This document shows, in pieces, positions 38,090-49,800 of a stretch of DNA of 64,000 nucleotides. Made by a program: the position numbers and the translations under genes. The notes below the pieces were generated by a model that ran no database searches, was not told the DNA's origin, and saw only the letters and a list, made by a program, of their open reading frames with translations. The DNA lies in IMG/VR virus record IMGVR_UViG_3300022934_000004. One strand, given 5' to 3'. The first letter of the stretch is position 1, and each line of letters starts with the position of its first letter. The stretch comes from a virus.

Positions 38090-38769
38090 TTTCTAAGTGG
38101 GGAACATTATATGGTGAAGAATATATAGATCGCTTAAAAGAAAGAATTGAAAAAAATTGTAGTGTACCCTGGAATTTAACAGTTATAAGAGATCATGAAA
38201 ATGGTTGGGGAGATTATAGTAAAAAACATTATAGAGGTGAAGGAGAACCAAAAGTAGTTCAAGGTGAAGGATTTCAAAATGGATATCACCATTATAATTT
38301 AGGAGGAATTCCTTTATATAGAAAAATGTATCCATTTGGTATGGACGATCATTGTCATGAAGATGATACAATTATGATGATGGATATAGATATGTTAATC
38401 ACTGATGATTTAGCATATTTTACAACTTTATCTACTGATAAACCGTGGATTCAATTTGATTATGATACACCAGAATGGGAACTTATGGATGATTATAAAA
38501 ATCAAAATATAACTCCGTTAAATAGTTCTGTAACAGTATGGCGAAAAGGTCAAATGAGACCAGTATACGATTTCGTTAATAAATTTAAAAATGAAGTATT
38601 TTTTACATATAGACGTGTCGATGCTTATCTTTGGTATTGTTGGGGAGTAAAAGACTTCTTTAATTATTTACCAGTTGAAGCTGTTGATTGGTATTATAAA
38701 GGAACAAATGCAATTGTAAGAAATATGGCAGGTGAAAAGATTGAGTTGAAGAATGAAGTGGTTGTATAA
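38074..38769 (+). CDS. GT-A glycosyltransferase-like protein
   Basis: KWGTLYG, MMDIDMLI, LNSSVTVW. Confidence 0.75.
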   Translation: MLQIIVSKWGTLYGEEYIDRLKERIEKNCSVPWNLTVIRDHENGWGDYSKKHYRGEGEPKVVQGEGFQNGYHHYNLGGIPLYRKMYPFGMDDHCHEDDTIMMMDIDMLITDDLAYFTTLSTDKPWIQFDYDTPEWELMDDYKNQNITPLNSSVTVWRKGQMRPVYDFVNKFKNEVFFTYRRVDAYLWYCWGVKDFFNYLPVEAVDWYYKGTNAIVRNMAGEKIELKNEVVV

Positions 38770-39547
38770 TATAATGAATCCTAGACCTCCTAGAACGTCT
38801 ACAAGCAAAAATAAAATAGTGTGTGCTCGATGGGGAAAACTCTATGGTGAAAAAGATATTGATGATTTATATGAAAAAGTGAAAAAGAATTGTTCAGTAG
38901 ATTTTGATTTTGAAATATTTGATAACTTTAAAAAATATAAACATTGGGAAAGAGCAAAGAAAAAACATTATAGAGCTTCTTTACAACCTGATGAAAGGTT
39001 CGATGCTGTTCAAAATGGTTATCACCGTGATGATTTTGGAGGAATTCCTCATTATCGTAAAATTACAATGTTTGACCAAGATAAAAAATTTAATCCAGAT
39101 GATACAATATTATATCTTGATCTGGATACAAATATTACTGGTGATTTAGCTTATTTTTTTGAAGAGATTAATCATGCTAGGCCATATTTAGTTTGGAATT
39201 ATTGGTGGGACAAAGATGATGGTATTGAGTGGAAAAGGCAATATCATGTTACTCGTTGTCCATTATTTAATAGCTCAGTTATGGTTTGGAAACCAGGTCA
39301 AAATGAAGCTATATATAATTTTGTAGAAAATAATTTAAATGAATGTTTTTATACTTATCCTTCTATGGATACTTTTATGTTCCATAATTTTGGACCTTAT
39401 AGTAATCCAGAAAGAAGAAATCATTTTAATTATTATGATGAAGGTATAGTCACTTCACAACGAGTATTAGGTCATGATAAGCCTGGGATTATTAATATGC
39501 TCGAAGGGCTAAGTGCAGAAGAGAAACATAAACATGTATCACATTGA
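38753..39547 (+). CDS. GT-A glycosyltransferase-like protein
   Basis: RWGKLYG, LYLDLDTNI, FNSSVMVW. Confidence 0.75.
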   Translation: MKWLYNIMNPRPPRTSTSKNKIVCARWGKLYGEKDIDDLYEKVKKNCSVDFDFEIFDNFKKYKHWERAKKKHYRASLQPDERFDAVQNGYHRDDFGGIPHYRKITMFDQDKKFNPDDTILYLDLDTNITGDLAYFFEEINHARPYLVWNYWWDKDDGIEWKRQYHVTRCPLFNSSVMVWKPGQNEAIYNFVENNLNECFYTYPSMDTFMFHNFGPYSNPERRNHFNYYDEGIVTSQRVLGHDKPGIINMLEGLSAEEKHKHVSH

Positions 39548-40154
39548 AGAAAAAGATGTAGATAGATTCCAAAAAATACTTGATCAACTTAAACATACTT
39601 ATCCATGGGATGGAATGCATGCTAATATCTGCGCTCAAGTAGGACCAATTGAATTTCAAATTCAAAAATGGTGGGCAGATAGAATAAATTGTATAGATCA
39701 AAGAGTAGCTATTTTGAATGGTGGGATTGGTTATTTTTCAGTTCCCTTTGCATATGAAATGGGAGCTAAAAAAATAGATTTATATGATATGGATCCAATC
39801 ACAGAAAACTTAAGTTGGTATGTAAATGGAATATACAAACCTGAATTCGTTCACCATCAAAAAAATGTTATTTTTGATAAAAGAGAAATTGATAACGCTG
39901 ATGTGTACATAAATACTAGTTGTGAGCATAGTTATCATATGAGAGATATAATTCCATCAAATCGCCTTTGTGTAATGAGTGGAAATAATTTAACAGCTAG
40001 AGGACATATAAATTTATTTAAGAATATGCGAGCGCTGAAAAAATCAGTAGGATTTAAAGATGTATTATATGAAACGACAATGGAATTTACATATCATGAT
40101 GATATGGGAAAAAGACCATATAAACAATTTTTAGTAATAGGGATAAAATCATGA
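39534..40154 (+). CDS. Class I SAM methyltransferase-like protein
   Basis: ILNGGIGY, LYDMDP, INTSCEH, FLVIG. Confidence 0.6.
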   Translation: MYHIEEKDVDRFQKILDQLKHTYPWDGMHANICAQVGPIEFQIQKWWADRINCIDQRVAILNGGIGYFSVPFAYEMGAKKIDLYDMDPITENLSWYVNGIYKPEFVHHQKNVIFDKREIDNADVYINTSCEHSYHMRDIIPSNRLCVMSGNNLTARGHINLFKNMRALKKSVGFKDVLYETTMEFTYHDDMGKRPYKQFLVIGIKS

Positions 40155-41053
40155 AAAAGAGAGTTATTTTTTCAATTTATATTGAAATCCCTGAAGCACT
40201 TTTGGATGAAACAGGTTATTCAAAACATGCCGAGAAAAATACGCATAGAGGTGAAAGAGCTGGGGAAACTAAAGATAAGTTAAAAGCATATAAAAATAGA
40301 TTGATGTGGAATCAAAAATGGTATGCGGATCAATGTGATGCAGACTATCATATGTACACTTATGATAAACAGTTTTTAGAATATTATCGTTATTGTAAAG
40401 GTGTTCACGATAAGCTTCCAATGTATCATATTGTAAATTATTATAAGAATCATTTGCTTCAAGAATTAGCGAAAACTTATGATGAAGTTTTTTATATGGA
40501 TATTGATATTATTCCTAGAACAAAAGATAATATATTTGAAGTCCACAATATGAATAAGCTTTGGGCAAAGAATAATAATGATTTAGCTGAGTGGAGTAAG
40601 CACTACGATTTAACAAAATATAATAGTTGTGATAGAAACCCTGGTATAAAATATTGGAATTGTTATGCTCTTTTAGTTCAAAACGGACATGATCCTGAAA
40701 ACGACGTTATTAACACAGGAACAGTAATTGGCGGTAAAAAAGCAATTATGGCAATGAATTGGCAAGGGGAATTTGAAGGATTAGTTGCTGATATGTTAAA
40801 ATTACAAGAAGATGAAGCAACAATGTTTCCTGAAGCACTACATTCAAGGTTTGCATTCGATAATGAAACCATGTTTAGTTATTTAGTAAAAACTAAAAAA
40901 TTAAAGTATGATACTTTAGATGATATTTGGCATGGAAGATTGCCAGATGATGGAGTAGATCCAAGACATAAAATTATTCATGCTATTAATAAGAAGTTTG
41001 AATTAATTTGGGATGATGTTCCATATGATGGAAGAACTTTAGGAAAATCATAA
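40151..41053 (+). CDS. Glycosyltransferase-like protein (GT8/GT34-like)
   Basis: VFYMDIDIIP, INTGTVIG, DNET, IIHAIN. Confidence 0.7.
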   Translation: MKKRVIFSIYIEIPEALLDETGYSKHAEKNTHRGERAGETKDKLKAYKNRLMWNQKWYADQCDADYHMYTYDKQFLEYYRYCKGVHDKLPMYHIVNYYKNHLLQELAKTYDEVFYMDIDIIPRTKDNIFEVHNMNKLWAKNNNDLAEWSKHYDLTKYNSCDRNPGIKYWNCYALLVQNGHDPENDVINTGTVIGGKKAIMAMNWQGEFEGLVADMLKLQEDEATMFPEALHSRFAFDNETMFSYLVKTKKLKYDTLDDIWHGRLPDDGVDPRHKIIHAINKKFELIWDDVPYDGRTLGKS

Positions 41054-41766
41054 TGCCTATTACAACACATTCTTCAGGTGAGACTAATCAAGCACAAAAA
41101 ATATTTGTTTTCAGAATGGGAAAAAAATATGGTGAAGAGTATGAAGAATACTTAAACCGAAAACTAAAGGGAAGATATGATCTTGTTTGGATAAGAAATC
41201 CATTAGATTCAAAAGTAGCATTACAATGGAATAAAATGTTTCTTATGAATTTAGATTATATTGACCCCATTATTGTAATGGATATTGATATTTTATTAGA
41301 AAATAATTTCCATGAATTATTTGAATATCCTATTCAAAGAGGTGAATTTTTATCAATTCCAGCGTGGTGGAATGAAAGAGCTGGATATTTACTAAATGGC
41401 GGGTTTTTTAAATACTATCCTAAAGACTGTAAATACATTTTTGATGAATTTATTAATAATTCTAAGCATTGGCAATCACATTATATTAAAGAAGGTATTA
41501 CAATAGGTCCAGTAAATGGTGAGCAATATTTTGTTGAAGATCAGGTTAAGAAACACTTAGATTTAAAGTTTGTCCCTAAGTCATGGGTAACTAGATGGAC
41601 GAATGATAGTAGCAAAAATATGAAAATTGCTGATAGATGGAGAAAAAAGGTAGAAGATACACAATTATTTTACCATGAAAAAAATAAATTTAACGAAAAT
41701 GTGAAATTTGTTCATTTTACTACCTCTTTAAATAAACCGCACGAATCGAAATTATATAAATACTAG
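41053..41766 (+). CDS. GT-A glycosyltransferase-like protein
   Basis: MGKKYG, WNK, VMDIDILL, LNGGFFKY, GEQYFV, VHFT. Confidence 0.75.
   Translation: MPITTHSSGETNQAQKIFVFRMGKKYGEEYEEYLNRKLKGRYDLVWIRNPLDSKVALQWNKMFLMNLDYIDPIIVMDIDILLENNFHELFEYPIQRGEFLSIPAWWNERAGYLLNGGFFKYYPKDCKYIFDEFINNSKHWQSHYIKEGITIGPVNGEQYFVEDQVKKHLDLKFVPKSWVTRWTNDSSKNMKIADRWRKKVEDTQLFYHEKNKFNENVKFVHFTTSLNKPHESKLYKY
41755..41762 (+). promoter_or_regulatory. Late promoter TATAAATA
   Basis: Exact consensus. Confidence 0.75.
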
Positions 41767-41790
41767 TAACCAGAAAAAAGAGGTTTTAGT

Positions 41791-42444
41791 ATGCCCAGAA
41801 TTATAGATTTACCTTCAATTAGTGCAGATTCTGCCGATTCCGCAGATTGGCTCATTTTATACAATGTTGATGCAGCATCAAATGACGCTGTTAATAAAAT
41901 TAGAGTTGATCAACTAGCTGAATTAACAGCAGGAGTTGCAGCTTATGGTGATTCTGACGTAGGAGTATATTTAGCTAATAGTGATTCAGCTAATCCTATA
42001 CAAGTTGGGCAAATGGTCATAGATAGCGACCTTGTTGTTCTAGGTGACTTAAGAGTTTTAGGTACAACTACTACAGTTAGTAGCTCAAATTTAAGTATTT
42101 CAGATAAATTACTAATATTAGCTGATAGTGCATTAACACCAACTGATGCTGATGGTGGTGGTATTCAATTAAATGGTGCTGATGCTACATTACTATATCA
42201 ACAATCAGATGATACATGGAATTTTAATAAAAACTTAGAATATCCAAATAGATTTTCATTAACTGACACAGATTCATTAAATGAAGGAACTACAAACTTA
42301 TATTATAGTTCTGCAAGATTTGATTCCGATTTAACTAATGCAGATTCGTCAATTACTTCTAGTCAATTAGCTTCTGCTGTTTCTTTAATCATTTATGATT
42401 CTGCTGGATCTGCTATAAAGACGTTGTATGGTGCAGGAGTTTAA
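41791..42444 (+). CDS. Short tail-fibre-like protein, DS-rich
   Basis: GDLRVLGTTTTV..ISDKLLIL..DADGGGI; TDSLNEGTTNLYY repeat. Confidence 0.7.
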   Translation: MPRIIDLPSISADSADSADWLILYNVDAASNDAVNKIRVDQLAELTAGVAAYGDSDVGVYLANSDSANPIQVGQMVIDSDLVVLGDLRVLGTTTTVSSSNLSISDKLLILADSALTPTDADGGGIQLNGADATLLYQQSDDTWNFNKNLEYPNRFSLTDTDSLNEGTTNLYYSSARFDSDLTNADSSITSSQLASAVSLIIYDSAGSAIKTLYGAGV

Positions 42445-42446
42445 GT

Positions 42447-43427
42447 ATGGCTGGCAATCCTTTAGTATGGGACACATCATCTGAAGATGTACGTCCAGCA
42501 AGTGCTGCACACGTTATAAACTTAATTGAAAGAGGAATTTTTCACTATAGCTCTAATCCTAGTGTGCAATTAAGTTATGTTGCATCTGGTGGTAATTTAA
42601 ATTCTATTGATGACACAAGATATGCACCTAGCGCAGGTTTATCTAGAGTTGATAGATTTCCAACACCAGCTGAAACTGGAGCAGTTGACCTTATTACTGT
42701 ATCACAGCAAAAAATACAACAAACAAAGGCAACTGTAACAAAGCCAACAAATACTAAGCCTTTAGCTTATGTTACAAATACTGGAAATATTAGAGCTCTT
42801 CCTATTGATGAAGCAGTTGAAATATTAGTAAAACCTGCAATTGATAAGTTAAATGATAAAACAGCTATTGCAGATGATAATCGCGGTGGAACTTATTTTG
42901 TTACTACATCAGTTTCAGCAACAGATGCTGATAATGTTTCATCCCAACCAATATACACTGATACTAATGCAAATGTTTCTTTTTATGATGCAGAAAGATC
43001 TGGAAATGGATTATTCGTTTCAGCAGATACTCCAACCACTAACACTTCTTGGTATTTGCATAAACAAAAAGCAGATGCTTTTGATAGAAATTTAACTGGA
43101 ACAGCTGGAGGGGATGTAAATAGATATCCTCTTTATATTACACCATCTGGTGATTTAAGACATTACACTATTGCTGAATACGATAATTTTATTGGTGAAT
43201 TAATTAGATGGGCTGCTGTAAATTTATCAGGTTACATATTAGATTATCAAGTTAGCACTTCTTCTGTTGATAATACGTATAGAAGTTCAACAATTACTAA
43301 TACTTTAGTTGATAGTTCAAAACACTTTACTGAACAAATAGGTCCAGATGATTATAGAGGACAATCAATTCCTCAAGGTACTGCAACCTTAATAAATTCT
43401 TATTATCTTACCCTTTCTAAAAGCTAA
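42447..43427 (+). CDS. Putative virion protein (paralog of 35220)
   Basis: NPSVQLSYVASGGNL, GGTYFV, WYLH, YYL. Confidence 0.6.
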   Translation: MAGNPLVWDTSSEDVRPASAAHVINLIERGIFHYSSNPSVQLSYVASGGNLNSIDDTRYAPSAGLSRVDRFPTPAETGAVDLITVSQQKIQQTKATVTKPTNTKPLAYVTNTGNIRALPIDEAVEILVKPAIDKLNDKTAIADDNRGGTYFVTTSVSATDADNVSSQPIYTDTNANVSFYDAERSGNGLFVSADTPTTNTSWYLHKQKADAFDRNLTGTAGGDVNRYPLYITPSGDLRHYTIAEYDNFIGELIRWAAVNLSGYILDYQVSTSSVDNTYRSSTITNTLVDSSKHFTEQIGPDDYRGQSIPQGTATLINSYYLTLSKS

Positions 43428-43431
43428 TCTT

Positions 43432-43439
43432 TATAAATA
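43432..43439 (+). promoter_or_regulatory. Late promoter TATAAATA
   Basis: Exact consensus. Confidence 0.78.
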
Positions 43440-43499
43440 GAATATAAAAGAGGCAGGGGCGTTTTGCACGTCCGACAAAGAAATCGGTAGGAGTATTTC

Positions 43500-43865
43500 A
43501 TGGCCCAATATGAAGAATTCACCTTAGCTCAAGGTGCAGACATAGCAATTGAGCTACATTTAGTAGACGACCAAGGATCTCCAAAAGATCTGACAAACCA
43601 TACGGTTTCGGCACGACTACAAAAATCATATACATCTACATCTTATACTGATTTCAATTCAATAGTTGCAAGCCCACCTTCTGACGGTATTGCTACTATA
43701 TCACTAACTAATGTTCAAACTGAAGCTTTAGAAAAGGGACGTTATGTTTATGATGTCATACTTTCTTTTGTTGATAGCGCTGGTGATACAATAGCTGAAA
43801 GGCTGTTAGAAGGAAGAGTTCAAGTGACACCAAATGTCACACCAACTCCGGGAGGCAGTGAATAA
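43500..43865 (+). CDS. Fibre-attachment adaptor (BppU-N-like Ig fold)
   Basis: QGAD, DLTNHT, GRYVYDV, LLEGRVQVTP. Confidence 0.7.
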   Translation: MAQYEEFTLAQGADIAIELHLVDDQGSPKDLTNHTVSARLQKSYTSTSYTDFNSIVASPPSDGIATISLTNVQTEALEKGRYVYDVILSFVDSAGDTIAERLLEGRVQVTPNVTPTPGGSE

Positions 43866-46800
43866 ATGGCTGAAATAACACTAACTTCTCAAGGCCGAAC
43901 AACTGTAGTTAAAAAGGTTATAATTGGAACTCCAGTTAGAAGAGTTACATCTGGTTCGTTTAGTATTTTTAATATTTCAGGTATTTCAGCTGTCGGATCT
44001 AGTCATAACGATCTTCTTGTTTTTGATTCATCTACTGGCAATTATGAAAATGAAAGTACGCTTCGTGTTTTAAAAGTAGATGATTTTACAATTGACAGTA
44101 ACTCAATAAGTGCTACTGGCGATATAAACATCTTTGCTACACAACTTAATATTTCAGCTCCAGTTGAAGCAACATCATTCAAGCAAACTCAATTAGGTGC
44201 TTTTGATGATTCTGATCTAACAAGTAAAATTTATGTAGACACTGAAGTTGAAAGAGTTAAACATGTTATTTTTACTACAGATGATGGATTTACAGATTCT
44301 GTTCAAATTTATAATGATGAAGATATAAAAGTAATTGGTGGAACTGGTCTTAAAACTTCTGCTACAAAAATTGGAACTCAATATCAATTAACAATTGATT
44401 TAGATAGTTCTGGTATAGTAACCGGAACTTATGGTACTGCTACTTCAGATGTTTCAGCTGATTTTTCTAAAGGCCAGCAGATTACATCAAGTAATTTGCA
44501 ACAAAATTTTGCAGGAGCTCCAAGTCAATCACAATTTAATAATGATGGTACTAAATGGTTTGTTATTGGAACTAATGGTTCTTTTGATGAAGAATTTGAA
44601 GAATGGGATTTAAGTACACCATACGATTTATCTACTGCTACATTTAGTCAAAGTGTATCAAGAGATATGGGCGGAGAAACAAACGGCGCCCAAGCGATGA
44701 CGTTTAACAATGATGGTACAAGCTTATTAGTTTTTGTAAGAAGACCAGGCGGGTCAAGCCCAAGAGCAATATCTTATACCTTTACATTAGGCACAGCATA
44801 TGATATAAGCACTTTATCTGCTGTACCTGGTAGTTTCAAATCCACAAATGATTATGGTGTAACAGGAACTGATAAAGGATATGCTTGGAATAATGATGGA
44901 ACTAAATTATTTGCGGTATCTCATACTCAAAATTTAGCTGTTATTGATGTTAGTACTCCTTATGATATTAGTACGCAAACATCATATAATGATTATCACC
45001 CAACAGATATTGATTCAAATATTACTGCAAATGCTCTGTGGGGTATAGCGTTTGATAATAATGGTTCAACTCTTTACTTGTTGGAAAGTAATGATACCAC
45101 AAATGAAATATTCAAACTAACATTATCGACACCATACGATGTAACTACTGCTACATTAGATGAAGTGTTGGATATTGATGAAACTAGTTCATATGATATA
45201 TCTTATCCAAAAAGTTTAGTAACAACGCCTGATCATCTAATTGTATATGGCACAACATCTGGAAGTGAACAATACACATATATTACTAAACCTTCAGGTG
45301 GCTCTGGCAATTATGGCCTTACAATACCTATTCTTCAATTTGATTCATCTGGAATATTATCTGGTGTTACAGTATCTGATCCTATTACAACAGATAATGT
45401 TAGAGAAGGCGACTCAAATTTATATTATACTACAGCTAGATTTGATGATAGATTAGACGATAGTAGTTCTATTTCAACTATACGTAGTATGTTCTCTCCT
45501 GGCGGAGATATGGTATATGATTCAATTAACGGTATCTTTTCAGTTAATGTTCTTGCTAGCTATAACTCAGAAAACTTTGATTCTGACTTAGATGATGCTT
45601 TAGCTAATAGTCAAAATATTGTATATAATGATTCATTAAATTCATTTGACTTAACTGCTATAAATGAATCGAATGCTGGTACATTTGGGTCAACAACTGA
45701 GGTTCCAATTCTTCATGTTGATTCATATGGTAGAATTGATAGTATTAGTACTGCTTCAATTTCATCAACATTGAGAATTAGTGCTGATAATTCAGCTGTT
45801 GCTATTCCTGCTGATACATCTATTGAATTTAATGCAGGAAAATACTTATCTGTATCCGCTGCAGATGCAGATAGTGCTTTTGGGCCAGATGGATGGTCGA
45901 TTGATTTTTGGTATAAAAAAGATTCAAACACTACAGCTGGCGGGACTGGAATGTTCCAAGATGGTATTATCAACCAGCACGGCCATTTTGTTATATTTGA
46001 TAACACAAATAATGGTGTTTCTACACTTGCTATTGCTGGTTCAAAAGATAACACTGGATCAAATTTTTGGTCGGCGAATACTAACACTGTAACAACAACA
46101 AACTGGAATCATTTCCATGTTGGTTATGATGGAACAACTGTTAGAGTATTCGTTAATGGAACATTAGATAATAGTGTAACCACTACATCTTATCATGGTC
46201 CCGTAACAGGAGGAACAGCACCTTTAAATATCGGCGCAAGATCTGGTGGCGTTGGCGCAACTGTAACAGAGGTTTTGGCTGGACAACTAGCAGATGTTCA
46301 CATACAAACAGGAACTGGTGGTGTTAAAACTAGTAACTTTAGTACTCCAACAGGAACACCTGGTGCAACAAGTAATTCTTTAATTCTATTATATGGCTCA
46401 AGTTCAGGTTGGCAAAATGCCACTTCTACTACAGTAACAGAAGCTGGAACTGGCAACGCTGTTACTACAAATACTCTACCATACACTGCAGGTTCTGCTA
46501 TTAGTAGTGGTGTAGATTCGATAAATCTTGGTACTGATTTTTTCAATATTTCAGGCCAACCTGATAATATCATTACAACAGTAACAGATAATGGTATTAA
46601 TATACGCTTAGATAGTGGTCAAACCTCACACAATTCTGTTTTAGGTGCAGTGCAGCCAGGATTATATACGTATGGTGGTGGGTCGTCTATTGCGCGAGTT
46701 TCAGTTAATGAGTTTGGTATTGTTAAACACATAGACGCAACTGACATTCAGGCGGAAATAACTCTTAAAAATGAAAATAATACAGAATATACAGCATTTA

Positions 46801-49800
46801 CTACACAAAATGACTTAAAGTTTGTAGGTGGGAACGGGATTGATGTTGATATTAGTGGCGGCTTTTCAGGTTTCGATATCAACGCTGATGCAGTAATTAC
46901 TGTTTCAATTGATTCATCTGAATTAAGTGCAATAGATAGTGTATCTTGGTTAACTGATTCTAATAAATTACAAATTAGTACTTCTGATGGAGCAAGATTT
47001 GTTCCACAAATTAATTACTTTGGTGATAGTGTAATTTACGACGATACACTTCGCATGAATACCTATAAATCCGCAGTTTGGGGTACAAAAGGAAATACTG
47101 AGCAAGGTGTATCTGGATCATTTAGTTCAATATTTATGATGCCAGGTGGTAATGAACAATTAGGCGGTTGGTGGTTCTATAATAATTCACCTGCAATGAA
47201 GTTTTATTCTAAGAGTAAAAATAGTCAAACAGGTGCTGATAAAGCTGGGTCCATTGAATTCCTGACTTATTATAACGATGGAAGTTCCTTTTACGAAGAT
47301 ATGATTGTCAGTAATGGGGTTGCGCTAAAGTATAAAGGTCGGCAAGCATTATCTATTATAGGGCCACAAAATGGCGCTAATGATAGCACGAATGTTACAA
47401 GGTTTTATTCCCATGCTATTCCTTATACTGGTTTGGGTGTAAACTATGATTTAGGTGATTCTGAAAACCCATGGAGAGATTTATATCTTTCTGGACAAAC
47501 AATACATTTAGGTGAAGTTCAACTAGCAGATAGCAATGGTGATTTTGCAATTAGATCTGCAGATGGATCTCCTGGTAATATAACAGCAGCTCATATAAGT
47601 GCTGATTCTGGTTATATTGGTCAATTCAGAGCAGATTCTGCACAAATTACTAATTATACTGCAACTACGGGATTTGTTGGACAATTAACGGTTGATTCTA
47701 TAAATGTAACAGATCTTAATATTAGTACAGCAATAGTAACAAATGGTCTTACAGCAGACTCAGCTAAAGTGCAAGGTACTTTAACTGTAAGAGATATAAA
47801 TGTAGATTCAGGATCTATTAGTCAATTTACAGCAGACTCAGCTTCAATTACTAATCTTAATGCTACAACAATATCCGGTGACTCTGCAACATTTACAAAC
47901 ATAGTAAGATCTGGAACAACTGTTACTGCCGGCACATATGGTTCAGCTTCAGAAGTTCCAATTCTTACAGTTGATTCTTCAGGTTTTGTTGATAGTATTG
48001 GATCAGTCTCAGTTGCAGGTGTAACAGCATTTGCATGGGATTCGGCAACTTCAACTGCTACAATTAGTACAGCTGATGGCGGATCTTATCCAGCAACTAT
48101 CAATGGTTTTCATAAAATCACAAGTCATTTAATACCATCAATTGCTAATACATACGATCTTGGTAACGATTCATATAGATGGAATGATCTCTATCTAAAT
48201 GGAACTAGTTTGTATCTTGGGGATACTATTATAGAAGATAGTGCTGGTGGCTTTGTCTTTATGCACAATGACGGTAGTGCAGCAAGCCCTGTAGGAGTTA
48301 CTGTACCAGAAACTAATTATATTACTTCGACACCACCTACAGGCGATACTAGTATCACCGCACAAAGAATGATATTTAATCCAACTGGTACGATATTACA
48401 GGTAGGTGGACTATATACACCTTTGACATATTATGATTTATCTACAGGTTGGGACTTAAGCACTGCAACTGTAGATCAAAATAATTCTTGGACAACTGGT
48501 GGTACTCCTTGGAGTGAAAATGTTAAGTTTGATACTGGAAGTCTAAGCTTTAATGCTGATGGTTCAAAAGTTTTCACTGGACGGTATAACAGTTCTATAG
48601 GCCAATTAGTATTACACGCCTATGACCTAGGCACAAATTACGTAATTGAAAGCGTAGGAAATAATCCTTCTCAATCCGTAAACGTTAATGTTACTTCATT
48701 AAATACAGCTTGGAATGACAACAAACCTGCTGGATGGGCGTTCAATTTCTATTCATCTGGTAGAGATTTTAAAGTAAGAGTTATTGATAGTGGTAATAAA
48801 ATTGCCATGTTTACGGGTGAAAGCAGTAGCTACTTAGACCTAATTGTTCTTCCTTTAACTACTCCTTATGACTTAAGTACTATTGACTATACTCCGGCCA
48901 ATGCAAAATGTTTTGATTTCGAATATGAATTAACAAATAATATTGTGCCAGGTAGATATGCTGATACGATAATTTACGGCGAAGATTTTCAATTTAGTAA
49001 CGACGGCACGAAGCTTTGGTTGACTGTTTATGACAGAGTTGGAGCTTCAAGTCCTTTTACTTATGAAATGGATTTCTATCAATTTGATTTATCTACTGCC
49101 TATGATATCGATCCAAGTAGCTTATCTTATAATAGTTCTGTAAGATTAGGAGAATCTGCTTCTTCTCCTTATTATAGATTAGGTGAAAGAATAGATGCTT
49201 TCCATGTAGAAGAGTCACAAAATAAAATATTCATGGTAGTAAGAAATGAATATTTAAATTCTGGTGGAAGTCAGTTGCTAGCAACTAGCGCAATTGTAGA
49301 ATTTAGTTATGGTAGCCCAGCAATTATGGCTCAAACTAAAATGGGTCATGTAAAAGCAGATTCAGCTCAAATTTCCTTACTAAACGCTGATTCAGGAACT
49401 ATTGGTCAATTTACAGCTGACTCAGCTTCAATTACTACACTAAATACTACAACCGGTAATATAAGTCAGTTTACATCAGATTCAGCTTCGATTACTAATT
49501 TAAATGTATCTACTCTTAATGCTCCAAGTTTAGATGTTGATTCAGCACACATTACTACACTTTCAACAAATAGATTTAATGTTGATTCTGCTAGAGCTGG
49601 ATTTATACAGTTTAATGTAGGCGAATATGATGATAACGTTAAACCTGCAACTACAGAAGGCGCAGTTTATTATAATTCTGGACCAGATACACTTGTCTTT
49701 AAATCTTCTTCTGGTGGTCCAATTAAAATTGGTCAAGAAGAAGTTACTAGAGTTTATAATAATACTGTTGCAACTATACCAAAAGGAAAGGCTGTTTATG

